A stretch of 61,912 bases of DNA, filler included, from Collodictyon triciliatum (Eukaryota): NCBI GenBank assembly GCA_043381765.1. It is 27 parts of 27 records of this genome, joined end to end, with 100 filler letters (N's around TTAATTAATTAA, not from the genome) between each part and the next. Parts side by side here need not be neighbours in the genome. Positions count along the whole stretch, not along the records: positions 1 to 2,202 come from JBHJMP010009294.1; positions 2,303 to 4,503 come from JBHJMP010009295.1; positions 4,604 to 6,804 come from JBHJMP010009296.1; positions 6,905 to 9,108 come from JBHJMP010009297.1; positions 9,209 to 11,409 come from JBHJMP010009298.1; positions 11,510 to 13,709 come from JBHJMP010009299.1; 21 more parts are not named here. One strand, written 5' to 3'. The notes under the pieces were generated by a model that saw nothing but the letters and a program-made list of their open reading frames with translations, did not search any database and was not told where the DNA came from. This document shows positions 1 to 12,143 of the stretch, piece after piece (the first letter of the stretch is position 1; every line of letters begins with the position of its first letter). Made by a program: the position numbers and the translations under genes.

Positions 1-2202
1 TTAACTCTGATAAATCTTGAAAATAATCTGGTAATGTACCATCCATTTTGTTCCAGGACAGGTCCATATATTGGATTGAAGGAATGTTCCAATCTCTGCG
101 AAGAGTCCCGTTGATTTGATTTTCGCTTACGTCGAGTCTTGTCAGATTCATAAAATTAAACGAAGGTAAAGTACCGGTCAACCTGTTTCGAAATAGTTCT
201 AATTCTTGAATCTTGATACAATCCTTAAAATTTGGAACCATTCCCTCGATGTTGTTTTCAAATACAGAAAGAAATTCAATTTCTCTTAAATTTGGAAAGT
301 TTGGAATTGTTCCTATAACAAGAATAAGGTATGTAATTTTATAAAATTAATTCAATTAAATTGGAAAATGAAATACCGCTTAATTCGTTTCTATCTAGAT
401 AAATAAGTTCGACTACAGGAATTGATGTGAAATCTGGAATCGTTCCTGTAAAAATAAAATATTAGGGGTATTTCAATGAATTACGACAAACCAAAACACT
501 TCAATAAGAAAAATAATAGGAAAAATTGGATATAGTAGTGCTGGTCGATATTAACAAAGTTAATCTTTTTTTTTTTAAAAAAAACACTACCATTAATTTT
601 ATTATTTTGAAGATATATCTTTTTAATAATTGGAATACCACTGAAATTTGGAATAGTTCCTGTAATAATATATAAGAAATTAGAACGATATCAATATATT
701 TGAAAAAAAAATCAAAATCACCAGTCAGTCGGTTACTAAAGAGAGTAATTCTTTCGACATTTGGAATGTTTTTGAAGTTTGGAACCGTTCCTATTTTGAT
801 AAATTATTATGTAGTTTCTATTATGTCAAATAAAACAAAAATAAACCATTCAAATGATTGGTTTGAAGGTAGATTAGTCTGAGGTTAGAAATGTCACTGA
901 AGTCTGGGACCGTTCCTATATTATAAAATCAGTTGGATATCTATATCATGCAAGATTATTATAGAAATCACCATGAAGTCGATTATTATGAAGGTAAATT
1001 TCAATGGAGTTTGGAATCCTATCGAAGTTTGGTATTGTTCCTGTGATGTAAAAATAATCTTAGAAGATATAGTCTATTACAATTATATTTTAAAAGCTCA
1101 CCGTTCAACTGATTATTATCAAAAGATATCCATAAAGCATTTGGAATGTAGCTAAAATTCGGCAATGTTCCTATAACATCAAGTCAGTCTGCTAAAGGGA
1201 TGCGTTTATCATTTACAAAGAATATACCAGTAAGCTGATTGTCATAAATAGACAGCAGTTTAGTGTTTGGGATGCTACTGAAGTGTGGAATTGTTCCTGT
1301 AATGAAGACATTAGTATCTTTTTTTATATAAGAGGTTTTAAAATAATTGAATTACCAGTGAATAGATTTCCCCCAAGATATATTAATTCCGCGTTGGGGA
1401 TGTACCTAAAGTTTGGGACTGTCCCTAATATATATATAAATAAAAGAAATATTAAAATCAAAATATTTATGTGATTTAAGAAATACCATATATTTTGCAA
1501 TCATGAATCCCAAGGAGCCGAATATTGGGCAATCCAGAAAAATCTGGCAAAGTTCCTTTGTCAAGATAATAAGAATAAGAAAAATATTTGGAATCAATGA
1601 GGAGAAAGCATTGATTATAATTAAAATTATCCAAGATAGATAAACCTATAATTTTATCATTGGAACCAATCCATAAAGTTGTGAGTAAGTGAATCCTAGA
1701 AAAATCGGAAATTGTGCCTTCTAAATTATTGTCATCAATATCTAGATAGTCAATGCTCGGAATTGCTTGAAAATCTGGAATAGTCCCAGCAATTTGATTC
1801 ACATAAATATCCAATTTCAATATGCTTGGGAGGTTGAAATCTGGAAGATTTCCGTATATTAAATTATAACTCAAGTCCAAAGAGTTCAAAAATAGAAACT
1901 GTCCGAAAATCGCAGACGCCGCTTCAATATCTCCATAAAGAAAATTTTTTGGCATCTCGATTCTAACAACAGGACATGTATTGTTCTATTGATAAAATTT
2001 TGTAAATACCCACAAAGAAGCAATTTTTTTTTTAATTTTGGTACGTTCATGAATGATATTTTAAAAAAATGCTTACCATGTATTCCTCACCCAGACAGCG
2101 TTCATAGCAACCTATTCCATACCACTCACATATTGGAATGCTTTCATTCTTCCATCCACGATTGTCAGACCAATTATCTCCATCAAGCACATCATAGAGC
2201 CT
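1..2202 (-). CDS. Extracellular plant-type LRR protein (LRRNT cap + GxIP LRRs), partial at both ends, at least 12 exons
   Basis: Cap exon reads RLYDVLDGDNWSDNRGWKNESIPICEWYGIGC. Nine 69-nt exons (377-445, 591-659, 722-790, 847-915, 972-1040, 1102-1170, 1228-1296, 1356-1424, 1487-1555) each encode one 23-aa LRR, e.g. GTVPNFKNIPNVERITLFSNRLT, and are flanked by GT-AG phase-1 introns. Exons 1646-~1985 and 1-312 each carry several LRRs. Confidence 0.93.
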
Positions 2203-3638
2203 NNNNNNNNNNNNNNNNNNNNNNNNNNNNNNNNNNNNNNNNNNNNTTAATTAATTAANNNNNNNNNNNNNNNNNNNNNNNNNNNNNNNNNNNNNNNNNN
2301 NNTCTCACCCCCCTTCTCTCTTTTCTCTATTCCCCATCTCTATACTCCTCTGATGGCACATCCGCCATCACTATCCCCTTTTTACCTCGGAATACTTGCT
2401 TGGTGGTTGAAAAAAGATTGTTGGCACGGGTACCAACAGCGAAGTCCATCACGGATAAAAAAAAGATTCATCCAGGCTGAACCCAGTTAACATCGATTAG
2501 ATGAAGGATTAATGAGTATTCAAAAATATTGTTACAGTGGATTTTAAAACAGGATATTGATAAGTGTGCACCTTGAAGACAGTTTTAGCTGGAATGGGAG
2601 TGTTTGTGCGAACGAGAAGAATGAGCCTGTCGGTGATGAATATTGTCGTGTTTTCTTTTCTCGGGAAGCAATTCCGAGTCATATGAGTGAGTCTTTCATA
2701 ATTATAAAAATCCCTTCCTTATCGTTGCACTTTCGGGTTTCATCACATCTTGCAGTTTATTGTATATATTTGTGCAGTTTGTGAAGGAAAGTATTTTCAT
2801 TATTTTTTGTATAGGCATATGAAGCAGTCTTTTTTCTTTGAAGAATTTGCTCTATATCGCTTCCATTAACAGTGGTATGTCAGTCACTTATTATTGATCG
2901 AGAGTCTGCCTCCCGACGCAAGCTCGCCCCTCAGATGAGGTTGACGCGTTATAGTTCTGGTCTCATGCGATTTCATCATGAACTCAATTGAATATGTGGA
3001 GGTGTATTAATATGCAATAAAACAATATCCATAAACATTAAGCAATACGAAAGAAAAGCAAGCGAGAAAAGGAAAGAACTAAGTTTGGGCATTCCCATAT
3101 CATTTTTATAATAGGTTATAATACCGATTGAAAATATTCACAATTTGTGGCATGTCGAATACTGTGTCATAAATTTTCCGAATTTTTGCAGCAGGAATAC
3201 ACGTCGTGCATCATTGGGAGATATCGCACCTGGGGCATTCGAGAATGTTCTGTCTTCCCAATCACCGCACGAGTCACACACCGCACACGAGCGACACACA
3301 GCCCAATCCGTCCACTATATATTGAGATGGCCGCATGTTTATTCGGATGGAAGATTCGCCGGCCTTTGTGGGATATTTAACCTTCGTCCCGTCGAAATCA
3401 CGGCTGCCCTGCGCTCTTTCTTTCTCGCTACCTTATCACGTCGCTCATTCGCAATGCACATTCTATTCTCTGTGCGCACAACCGCACTGCTCTCACTCGA
3501 GCAACGCCAGTCTGTGTGACTTGTCAAGTCCAGTCACAAAACAAACTAACGCTAGGCAGCACACAAACACACAACCCAGTTCACTCATCCACACAGCCCC
3601 CCAGAACCCGTCCAAACTGCCTCCGCCTCACTTCTGTC

Positions 3639-3845
3639 ATGATGGCCGACGAGGCTTCGCTTTTAGAAGAGGTCCGACGAATCTCCAGGAAATCCCATCT
3701 TTAAAAAGCTCTGAGAGTCTAGACTTAGCCGGGAAAAGCCTGACATCCGTTCCGCGTGGTGTCTTTTTGTTAACTAGTCTGAAAATCTTGAGCCTTCATG
3801 GCAATCAGTTGCCATCGCTGCATCCACAAATATCGTGTTTGACAG
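3639..3845 (+). pseudogene. 5' exon of a cytosolic LRR protein with an apparent 1-nt frameshift near 3684
   Basis: ATG 3639 gives MMADEASLLEEVRRI; the LRR text (QEIPSLKSSESLDLAGKSLTSVPRGVFLLTSLKILSLHGNQLPSLHPQISCLT) continues in another frame. A GT donor follows at 3846. This may be a pseudogene or a base-call error. Confidence 0.5.
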
Positions 3846-3865
3846 GTATCATAAAACTTAGATGG

Positions 3866-4503
3866 ATTTTCCCTTCTATATCACTTTGTGCAGGGTGGTA
3901 GAGATGTTGGCTTTAGTTCTCTAGCCATCGTTTGCTTGAACGCTTTTTAGTGGCTAGGTGGCATAGAAGTAGTCGGTAATCAGGAATTGCATCCTGCGGT
4001 TTGGCCTGTAGCCCGGGTCTTGTGCTTGCATGAAAGAGGTACAGGGCGAGGTTGAATCTCTTTTTCACCTTCTTTCCACATGCCTCTTCTCACGGGGTCT
4101 GAGTAGTAGAGAACGTGCAGGTGGCAAAGGAAGCTGTTGAGGAAAGAGATTTGTATGATGTCGTTCAGCCTATTATCAGGAATGGGAGGCGGGTTGTTGA
4201 GTCTTGCTTCGCGTGAGTATATGCGCGCTGTCCACATAGTCCATAGCAAATGGCCTCGCGTCTCCGCCCAGAATGTTTTTTGCATCTGGACGCAGCTGTT
4301 GCAGATGCCCAAATATCGCCTGGATTGGGCCAACAGCCGCAGCCGTCTTGATTTTCGGTCGAAGAATCTCACTGGCTGTTTCGCGCTAGTTTTGAGCGAA
4401 GGGACATTGCACAAATGTGTGCTCAATGGATTCATCACGGTTGCTGCAAAGTGTGCATTGTTGGGAGACTTTGCCAGCTTTTGCCGCGCGTGTGCCTATC
4501 CAT
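3866..4503 (-). mobile_element. Degenerate 3' part of an L1/Tx1-like non-LTR retrotransposon (zf-RVT region + 3' end)
   Basis: The minus strand reads CTLCSNRDESIEHTFVQCPFAQN*, a C-x2-C-x8-H-x4-C knuckle with TAG where Trp is usual. After a frameshift it reads LLWTMWTAR. 3885-4140 is clearly homologous to 22270-22530. Confidence 0.8.
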
Positions 4504-5028
4504 NNNNNNNNNNNNNNNNNNNNNNNNNNNNNNNNNNNNNNNNNNNNTTAATTAATTAANNNNNNNNNNNNNNNNNNNNNNNNNNNNNNNNNNNNNNNNN
4601 NNNAGAGCAAACGCGAGTAGGAGAAGACACTACCGTGGAGAGGGTAGCACTGGAAAGAAGTCAGTGATAGCGAGTTGGTCAGGTGGGCGTCCCAACTGGT
4701 TGATTGGTTGCGTGAGCAGCAAGGGGTTGGATATGCTGTGGGAGATATCTTACGTGGTTTGGTTTGGTTTATTTTTCGTTACTTACATGCTGATTGTTTT
4801 AACATGACTCCATTCTTATATTTCTTCAACGCATATGCCATCAATTAATTTCACATTTGACATTTTAGATGTATATAAAATCGTATCGATGGCAATTAAA
4901 GAAATGTTTTGGTGAAGATGACTCATTTCTTGGGCCGAGTCCTCCAAGGAAATTATATTAAGAGGTACCTTATTGCAATTTTTATCAGATTTTTTTGGCC
5001 TTATAACCCCTCCTCTATGGAATTTATA

Positions 5029-6804
5029 TTAGTCAAGAATGTAAGTGACCCCTTTTGCAGGTCCTTTAGAGGATTCGAACGGAGCAGAGGCTAACATTGT
5101 GACATTGTTAACTGCAACATCAAATCCAAATCCATCAGAACCGTCCAAATGCTGACTTGTGTACTGTTTTTCTTCAAACCATTTACCTTCGTGAGCACTG
5201 AATATGTAAACTTTTCCTATTAAAACAAAGGTGACTCAGTTGCTTGCAATTATTTTTATTTTTATTTTTTTTTAAAAAAAAATTACTTTTTGATTTACAT
5301 ATAGTACTTCCGTTACATGGATATGTCCCTACTATTAGTTTTGTTCCATCAGAATCAAAACTATAGCCAAAGCCATCATTTTCGACACTTAATGGTCTAA
5401 CTGTGGATTTCATGGTCAAATGTCCGTGAGAATTAATGGCGTAAATACTGATAGAGCCTGAATTTAATTTAACAGCGTTATCATTCAGTGCAGAAATAAA
5501 AAGGTCACTGCCAACGAATTTTACTTTCCATCCAAACCCAACCTTTGTTTTATCTGTTATGGAATGACTGAGAACCCATTTATCTTTATTTCGGCGTAAA
5601 ATATTGACAGTTTCATGATTTTGATATGTTGGTCTATTTGCTATTGCAATTAGGTAGTCTGTAAAGAATGATAGAGCAGACCCGAAGAATTCATTTTCAA
5701 TTTTCATAGATGAATTGATTATGAAAGGTCGAGAGTTACATTTATCACCTTCAACCTGAAAAATGTAAACTATGCCTGAATTTTTAATAAGAGAAAAATT
5801 ATAGTTTGGAGAGCTTATTGCCAAATAATATCCTGATATACTTATTGTCTTGGAAAAGCTGTGGTCATTTCTATTTTTACCAGGTTTAATAGAGCATTTT
5901 TTTGTAAATACTTTTAAACTATCTTCCCAAATATACAAAACAACTGCTCCAGTTGATCCGCCTTGTCTTTTTGAGCCTGTTGCAGAAACAGCTAGTATGT
6001 TTCCACTCATTCCCATGTCAAATCCAAATCTCACATCTAAATTTAGGAAAGGATTTCTAATTTTACCTATAAAAATCAACTGGCCCTCTATCCTTTGATA
6101 TGCCAGAATGTATCCCCCATCACATAGATTAGGAGGTTTTACACAAAATGGAACAGATATCATAGCAAATCTGGTTGTAAGTATTACTCTATGTCCCATA
6201 TTTTCTGATTTTGTCGATTGAATTAGGTTTAAGTAATTACTGGTGGGGGTTAGAAGACTTGAGTTTGATAAATTACACACTGAAAATAACATATGGCATT
6301 TTTTAGAGTTGTATATGTACAAATCTTCAACAAAAGAATTTTCAATATTGGATTGAACGCATGATAAAATGCCGTACGAGCCGAATTCAGTTGTAAATGT
6401 TCCTTTTGGGCAATGAAAGCATGAGTTTTTATCTTTAGTTGCATCCGTCTCTTGATAGAATCCAGGTGAGCACTGAATGCATGATGAGCTTCTTTCGGCG
6501 CTGAAGCTTCCGTTTGAGCATTTGATGCAAGATAATATGCTTGATGAGTCTGTCATATTGTTGTAAGTACCGGCTGGACATGACACACACGAAGGCTGTC
6601 CATTCTTGTCATTGAAAGTCCCTTCTGGACAGCTTACGCACGACTCGCTTCCGTATGAGCCGGAGTTAAGATTGTATGTCCCCTTTGGACACGCGTAGCA
6701 TGAGTCTTGGTCTTTGGTAGCATTAACCTCTTGATAGAATCCAGGTGAGCACTCGATGCATGATGAGCTGCTCTCGGTGCTGAAGCTTCCGTTTGAGCAT
6801 TTGA
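5029..6804 (-). CDS. Cys-rich (ephrin-receptor-like/GCC2-GCC3-type) repeat protein with a C-terminal FG-GAP-like beta-propeller; 5' partial
   Basis: CPAGTYNN and CSPGFYQ repeats, with a 279-bp internal duplication (6450-6524 vs 6729-6804). These are followed by FG-GAP-like units FGFDMGMSGNILAVSA, FFGSALSF, GFGWKVKFVGSDLFISA and DGFGYSFDSDGTKLIVG. After an intron at ~5217-5286 the last exon ends DGFGFDVAV...VTYILD* at 5029. Confidence 0.85.
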
Positions 6805-7329
6805 NNNNNNNNNNNNNNNNNNNNNNNNNNNNNNNNNNNNNNNNNNNNTTAATTAATTAANNNNNNNNNNNNNNNNNNNNNNNNNNNNNNNNNNNNNNNN
6901 NNNNTTTCTTTTTTTCTTTTTTTTCTTTTTTTTTTCTTTCTTTTTTCTTTTTTTTTTCTTTCTTTTTTCTCTTTCCTTTTTCCTTTTTTTCTTTTTTTTC
7001 CTGGTGTAGGTGTAGATTTAACAAACCCAAAAACCACCCCTTCCCCCCTCAAGTAAGTACAAAAAAGGAAATAGAAAATTATGTACAAGTTTGTAATCTA
7101 TATATGGACGCTGTCACGGTATCTTTCTATAATTTTCTAATCTGGAATATTGATTTTCTGACTATTCTTTGACTCTGCTGCTATTTGTATTTTTTTTCTA
7201 ACCACAATCCCTTTCAGCGTTCTGATGTTTTGCTGTGAAAGCTGTCCTTCACTCAACCATCCTTCATCCACTGTCCTTCTCATCCTTTTCTTTTTGTCCT
7301 GAAGGACTCTCAACACTAGCTGCCGATCA

Positions 7330-8190
7330 ACTTGCTTATGCATTTATTGGTTACTCTTGGCAATCACAAGGCATATTTTCAGCCGATCACCAGTCGACGC
7401 TCTCACACGCTCGACCAAAGGTTCCCAGCCACACCTAATCGCCCACAAAGAGCGCCTGGAAGTAGAACCCGTACGGAACCGGCTGCCACGTCCACCTTCG
7501 AGGTAAGCACAAATGCCCCAGAACTACCACGCCCACATACATGTAAGGAAAGAATAAGCCCGGTCCTGAAAGATCTTGAGTGCCATAATAAGATGACTAT
7601 GAACCAGCTATTCGATCAACTTCAAGAATACACATCATCCTTCCCAAAAAAAATAATAATTGCAGAGACGAGAGTAAAGTAATACTGAACTGCTTTTTTT
7701 TTTGTGTGTACATAACGAGAGAGGCCAGCTCTTTGCTACCCATTATCTGTAGCATTCCTCCGGGCTTCATCAAGGGCAACATCGAAGGTATGTGAAAAAC
7801 AACAATTCATCTTCACAGTATTCTTCAAGGGTTAAAACGTGTTTTTGATGAATGAAGCGCTGAATAACAATCCAACATCAGAACTACCCAAAGTATGAAA
7901 AAAAATAATTCTATGTTACGTATCCCTCACTATTTCGCACTCTGTCAAAGAACACAAGGAAAAATAAAATGAAAAATATCATGGTAAACTCCGTCACAAA
8001 TACTAACAGAACGAGGTGTCAAGTATAGAAAGACAATGTCGACCCTTTTAAACCCAACCACCCGGACCTATGGAAGAATAAGCATCGCTCAAGCAAGAGC
8101 AGCCTTCACAAGAGCTCTCCAAAAAGAGCGGACGGGTTCTTGGAGACGCGCCTCACACTAAAGCAATCTGGACAAGCAATCCAAGGTGCA
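7330..8190 (+). mobile_element. Possible highly decayed LINE ORF2 fragment
   Basis: Broken frames give NQLFDQLQEYTSSFPKKIIIAETRVK and LLPIICSIPPGFIKGNIE, which resemble the post-RT region of L1-type ORF2. No clean YADD motif was seen. Confidence 0.3.
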
Positions 8191-9524
8191 ATATTATGAA
8201 GTCAGAATTATTTTTTATTTTCATGCAAAATGAAAGTTTACTTTTTCATTCGAATAGTATTAATATACAAGGATGATTCCTAACGAAGATTATATTTCAT
8301 GATTTGTCTGTTACTGCAAGGCACATATGGAAAAAAACGCTCACGTTGAATGGAAGGCAAGCACCTAAACCTGGAAAACTTAAGTGGTGGTTTGGTATTT
8401 TTTTTATCCCACGTAAAGCCTTCTCCATGAAAACCAGGTTATAATTAACGGAGAGTATTACATGAGTATCGGTACTACAATTTTATTTTGTTTGAGAATT
8501 TGGCATTCTATGGGAACATACTAACCATCACATATAGTTTGGGACATTTGCACAATTTCGAATAGATTCAAAGGAATAATATAACCATCGACCAGGAAGA
8601 ATATCAATCTATTACGCAGACTTTCATACATCACATTTGTTGTTTTATACGAAACATTTAGCATTTGAGAATGTTTAGTGGCCGTATGATGCATAAGCAA
8701 ATCACATCAATATTATTACAAAAAAGCAATTAAAAAAGCATAGAATTCATCTCATATTGAGATATATTTGTATTGACGAACAGTTTATTTCATAACAAGA
8801 AAAATTTTTAAGAGTTGGTAATATTGAGCTTTAAGCTTTAATACAATATAATCTTGTTAGCCTATTGAAATTTCTAAAACGCATTCAAAATATGAATCGA
8901 TAAATCAAACAACTTCCATTCATGAAAAAGTAGAATAACTTGATTGATAATTGGCATATATTATAACCCATGAATACGATGTTTTTTATGCAACACACAC
9001 GAAGGAATAGGAAGATTCAAAACATGTCTGCAACCGAAACAAGCACCGAGGCCAACGTCAGCTTTGTCACCATTGACGAAGTCTGTACAAATACATGCAT
9101 TATCTTCANNNNNNNNNNNNNNNNNNNNNNNNNNNNNNNNNNNNNNNNNNNNTTAATTAATTAANNNNNNNNNNNNNNNNNNNNNNNNNNNNNNNNNNNN
9201 NNNNNNNNCACCAACAAAAAAAAAGAAACAAAACAAAACATAGCAATAAAGGGGAACATGAAAAGGCAGGTGCGCGGGCGCAGAGCAGGATTTCTTTTTT
9301 TTTTTGTGGGTGGATTCAAGTCGGCGAAATGATACCTTATCAGGAAAATCTCGAATCTTCACTGACATCTGACAGCGAAGGTATTTTTCTCGGTCTGGGT
9401 TAATGCGTAGTTTTCTTCAACTTCCCGGTGGGCCAGGCCATTTCCCCAGTAACCTTATCCAAGAATCCAAGCCCATCTGCTAAAGGTTTACCATCCCTTT
9501 TGTTGCAGGCCTCAAAGCCCGAGG

Positions 9525-11069
9525 ATGGATACTGCCAACAATGAATATGACTGTGGTCTTGGTATCGGCTCTGTAGGCGATAAGCAAGCATCTGGACCGA
9601 AACAAACCGAAGCAGATGATCAAAATCGACTACACCATGAGTTTACCGAGCCTTCATATCATCCAAGTAACCTAAAGGACAGCAACAAAAACGAACGAAA
9701 GGCTAGCGACGAGGCTCACGTAAAAGCAGAACAAAAGCCGTGGACTGTTTGTTTCCGACACGCTTTGTTTGTTTGGTTCCATATTTTATGGAAAACAACC
9801 CCCAGATTATTTGCCGTAATATTTTTGATGTGTGTATACTATATGCCATCGAGAATATTGTCGAGTCAAATGTTGGACGTCGCATCGCCAATACTATACG
9901 AAGCCATCAGAAATGTTCTTCTTGTTATTCTATTCAGTTTTTCGCTAAAGTTATGCTTTGATGAGGTATTTGGAAATCATTTTGTGTTAGTACCGTTTCT
10001 TGTTTCTTTTATACCCCTGATAATTATGTGCATACCCCTAATTGTATGGGGGTCTGAAAATCCTCAGGTTTTTTGTTTAATAATCAACTTACTTGGGGGA
10101 ATTGGTATAACATCAACTCTGTATTTTATCTCTAAGACAAAGCAACTTATAAATATGGACACCGAGACCAGTTTCCACTTCCAACTCACGAAAGATGGAA
10201 CTCCATTCGCTCTTTGGAAGGGAATAATGTTTATTTTCATATTATGCATTTTTTCATTACAAAATTTATTTCCGATTTACCTTTCCTCAGTCTTCTATAT
10301 TCAGCTTATCTATCGGTTCATTCTTTTTCCATCATGTCTATCAATTTCAAAGTGGTTTCAGATCTCAGTTTTTTCTGATTTTTCTGCAAATGAAAATCCA
10401 GCACGGTTAAGGGTGTACGAAATATCTTATTTCTTAATGTCGCTTTTAAGTCGACTGTACTTATCAAATTTATCAGGAAGTGGTTCCAACTCTGCAAGAT
10501 ACATCTTTGTTAACTTTTTGGCTGCTTTGATTGAAATTCTTAGTCATCTTACTATAGAGTATCGCTTAAGCCTATTTTACGAGGGTAAAATATTCTTCAA
10601 TGGTCTTTATCACAGAATAAGGTTCAAAAATAGAGGGAAAATTATTAATGTAATACCTGGAGACACTGTCGTGAATAACGGGAAGGTTGATGCTGAAATA
10701 TCGTCTAATGATAAACAAAAATTCATCAAAGAGACTCTAAATCTGCAATCAAAACAAATATGTACTGACATTAGCTCTGAGTTGTGCTCTTTGTTTGTCG
10801 CACCAATCATCATGTTCTTTTTGTTCACAATATATCCGAATACATCTTTCCAAACAATTAGCACGGTTTACAGCTGTTTCGATCAAATAGCCATTCAACT
10901 TGTGTTTGAGTTCTTGTCAGACGCCATATCATTAGCCTTTTTGATTCGAAAAGGTTATATCAGCACGATTATATCTTCGGAATGGGTTCCATTAAGGTAT
11001 CAGATCATGTTTTGCTGGGATTTATTTTGTGTTACTTACTTTCATATGCTGGTCCGTGTTTTTTCCTGA
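9525..11069 (+). CDS. Intronless multi-pass membrane protein of unknown function (514 aa)
   Basis: Long uninterrupted ORF with a hydrophilic N-terminus followed by roughly 10 hydrophobic segments. Confidence 0.85.
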   Translation: MDTANNEYDCGLGIGSVGDKQASGPKQTEADDQNRLHHEFTEPSYHPSNLKDSNKNERKASDEAHVKAEQKPWTVCFRHALFVWFHILWKTTPRLFAVIFLMCVYYMPSRILSSQMLDVASPILYEAIRNVLLVILFSFSLKLCFDEVFGNHFVLVPFLVSFIPLIIMCIPLIVWGSENPQVFCLIINLLGGIGITSTLYFISKTKQLINMDTETSFHFQLTKDGTPFALWKGIMFIFILCIFSLQNLFPIYLSSVFYIQLIYRFILFPSCLSISKWFQISVFSDFSANENPARLRVYEISYFLMSLLSRLYLSNLSGSGSNSARYIFVNFLAALIEILSHLTIEYRLSLFYEGKIFFNGLYHRIRFKNRGKIINVIPGDTVVNNGKVDAEISSNDKQKFIKETLNLQSKQICTDISSELCSLFVAPIIMFFLFTIYPNTSFQTISTVYSCFDQIAIQLVFEFLSDAISLAFLIRKGYISTIISSEWVPLRYQIMFCWDLFCVTYFHMLVRVFS

Positions 11070-11114
11070 TAAAGTTACTGAAGACTCTGCATTACAAGAT
11101 TATCCTTTCAAACG

Positions 11115-11191
11115 CCAATCAAACGGTGGCTAGCGAACCAAAGCCAAAATCCCCACCATCCTGCACAAAATCGAAAGGAAGAATAAAAAAA
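11115..11191 (+). mobile_element. Short 3'-terminal copy of the same LINE family, ending in AATAAA plus an A-run
   Basis: aaacggtggctagcgaaccaaagccaaaatccccaccatcctgcacaaaatcgaaaggaagaataaaaaaa closely matches the reverse complement of 22251-22321. Confidence 0.75.
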
Positions 11192-11509
11192 CCTTTCAAA
11201 TGCCAACTTTTAAAAATTCCATGGTAGGCATTGACAAAAAAAAACCAAAAAAATCGAGACTAAAACCATTCAAAAATGGCTGCAATCTATTTAATTTGAA
11301 AATGAAAAATGACAGAGTCTACCCACAAGATGCTCTCTGAGCTTGATTATGCTCCCAACCGACTCAGCGCGTCTGACATCCTGTTTGGCCCACAATACCA
11401 AATGACCCANNNNNNNNNNNNNNNNNNNNNNNNNNNNNNNNNNNNNNNNNNNNTTAATTAATTAANNNNNNNNNNNNNNNNNNNNNNNNNNNNNNNNNNN
11501 NNNNNNNNN

Positions 11510-11572
<63 letters not shown>

Positions 11573-11764
11573 GGGCACTGCGTGCGAACACTCTAATCGT
11601 GATCTCTCATGATCCTACCTTTTCAGACTTGTTCCGAAACTTTTGATCGGATCTGGACATGATAATGAATCGGGACAAATAAAGCGTTCTGTTACTCCAT
11701 TAATCAAGTGATGGGATAAGATTATAGGTCGATTAACAAATCTATTCAAAAAAGGTGGTGGTGG

Positions 11765-11831
<67 letters not shown>

Positions 11832-12006
11832 AACAATAGTAACTGAACAATATCCTCATTGTTGGCCATCTCTCCACTTTTATTTCTGATTGGTTTAGGG
11901 TTCAAGGTCGCTTTCGACGAAAGTTTGAGAGAACGAACCAGAGGAGCAGAGAAGGGATGTGAAAAGGAAAACGGCCATTCGTGTGAAAAACACTCAGTAG
12001 GAGATG

Positions 12007-12083
<77 letters not shown>

Positions 12084-12143
12084 ATAGAAAAGAAAAGAAA
12101 AGAAAAAAAGAAGCAGGAAATGTAATCTTCACAGTCACGCGGC

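Noticed and set aside
377-1555. Periodic gttcct motif every ~125 bp resembling a repeat-spacer array
   Set aside because: It is explained by the conserved ag|GAAC exon starts of LRR exons on the minus strand.
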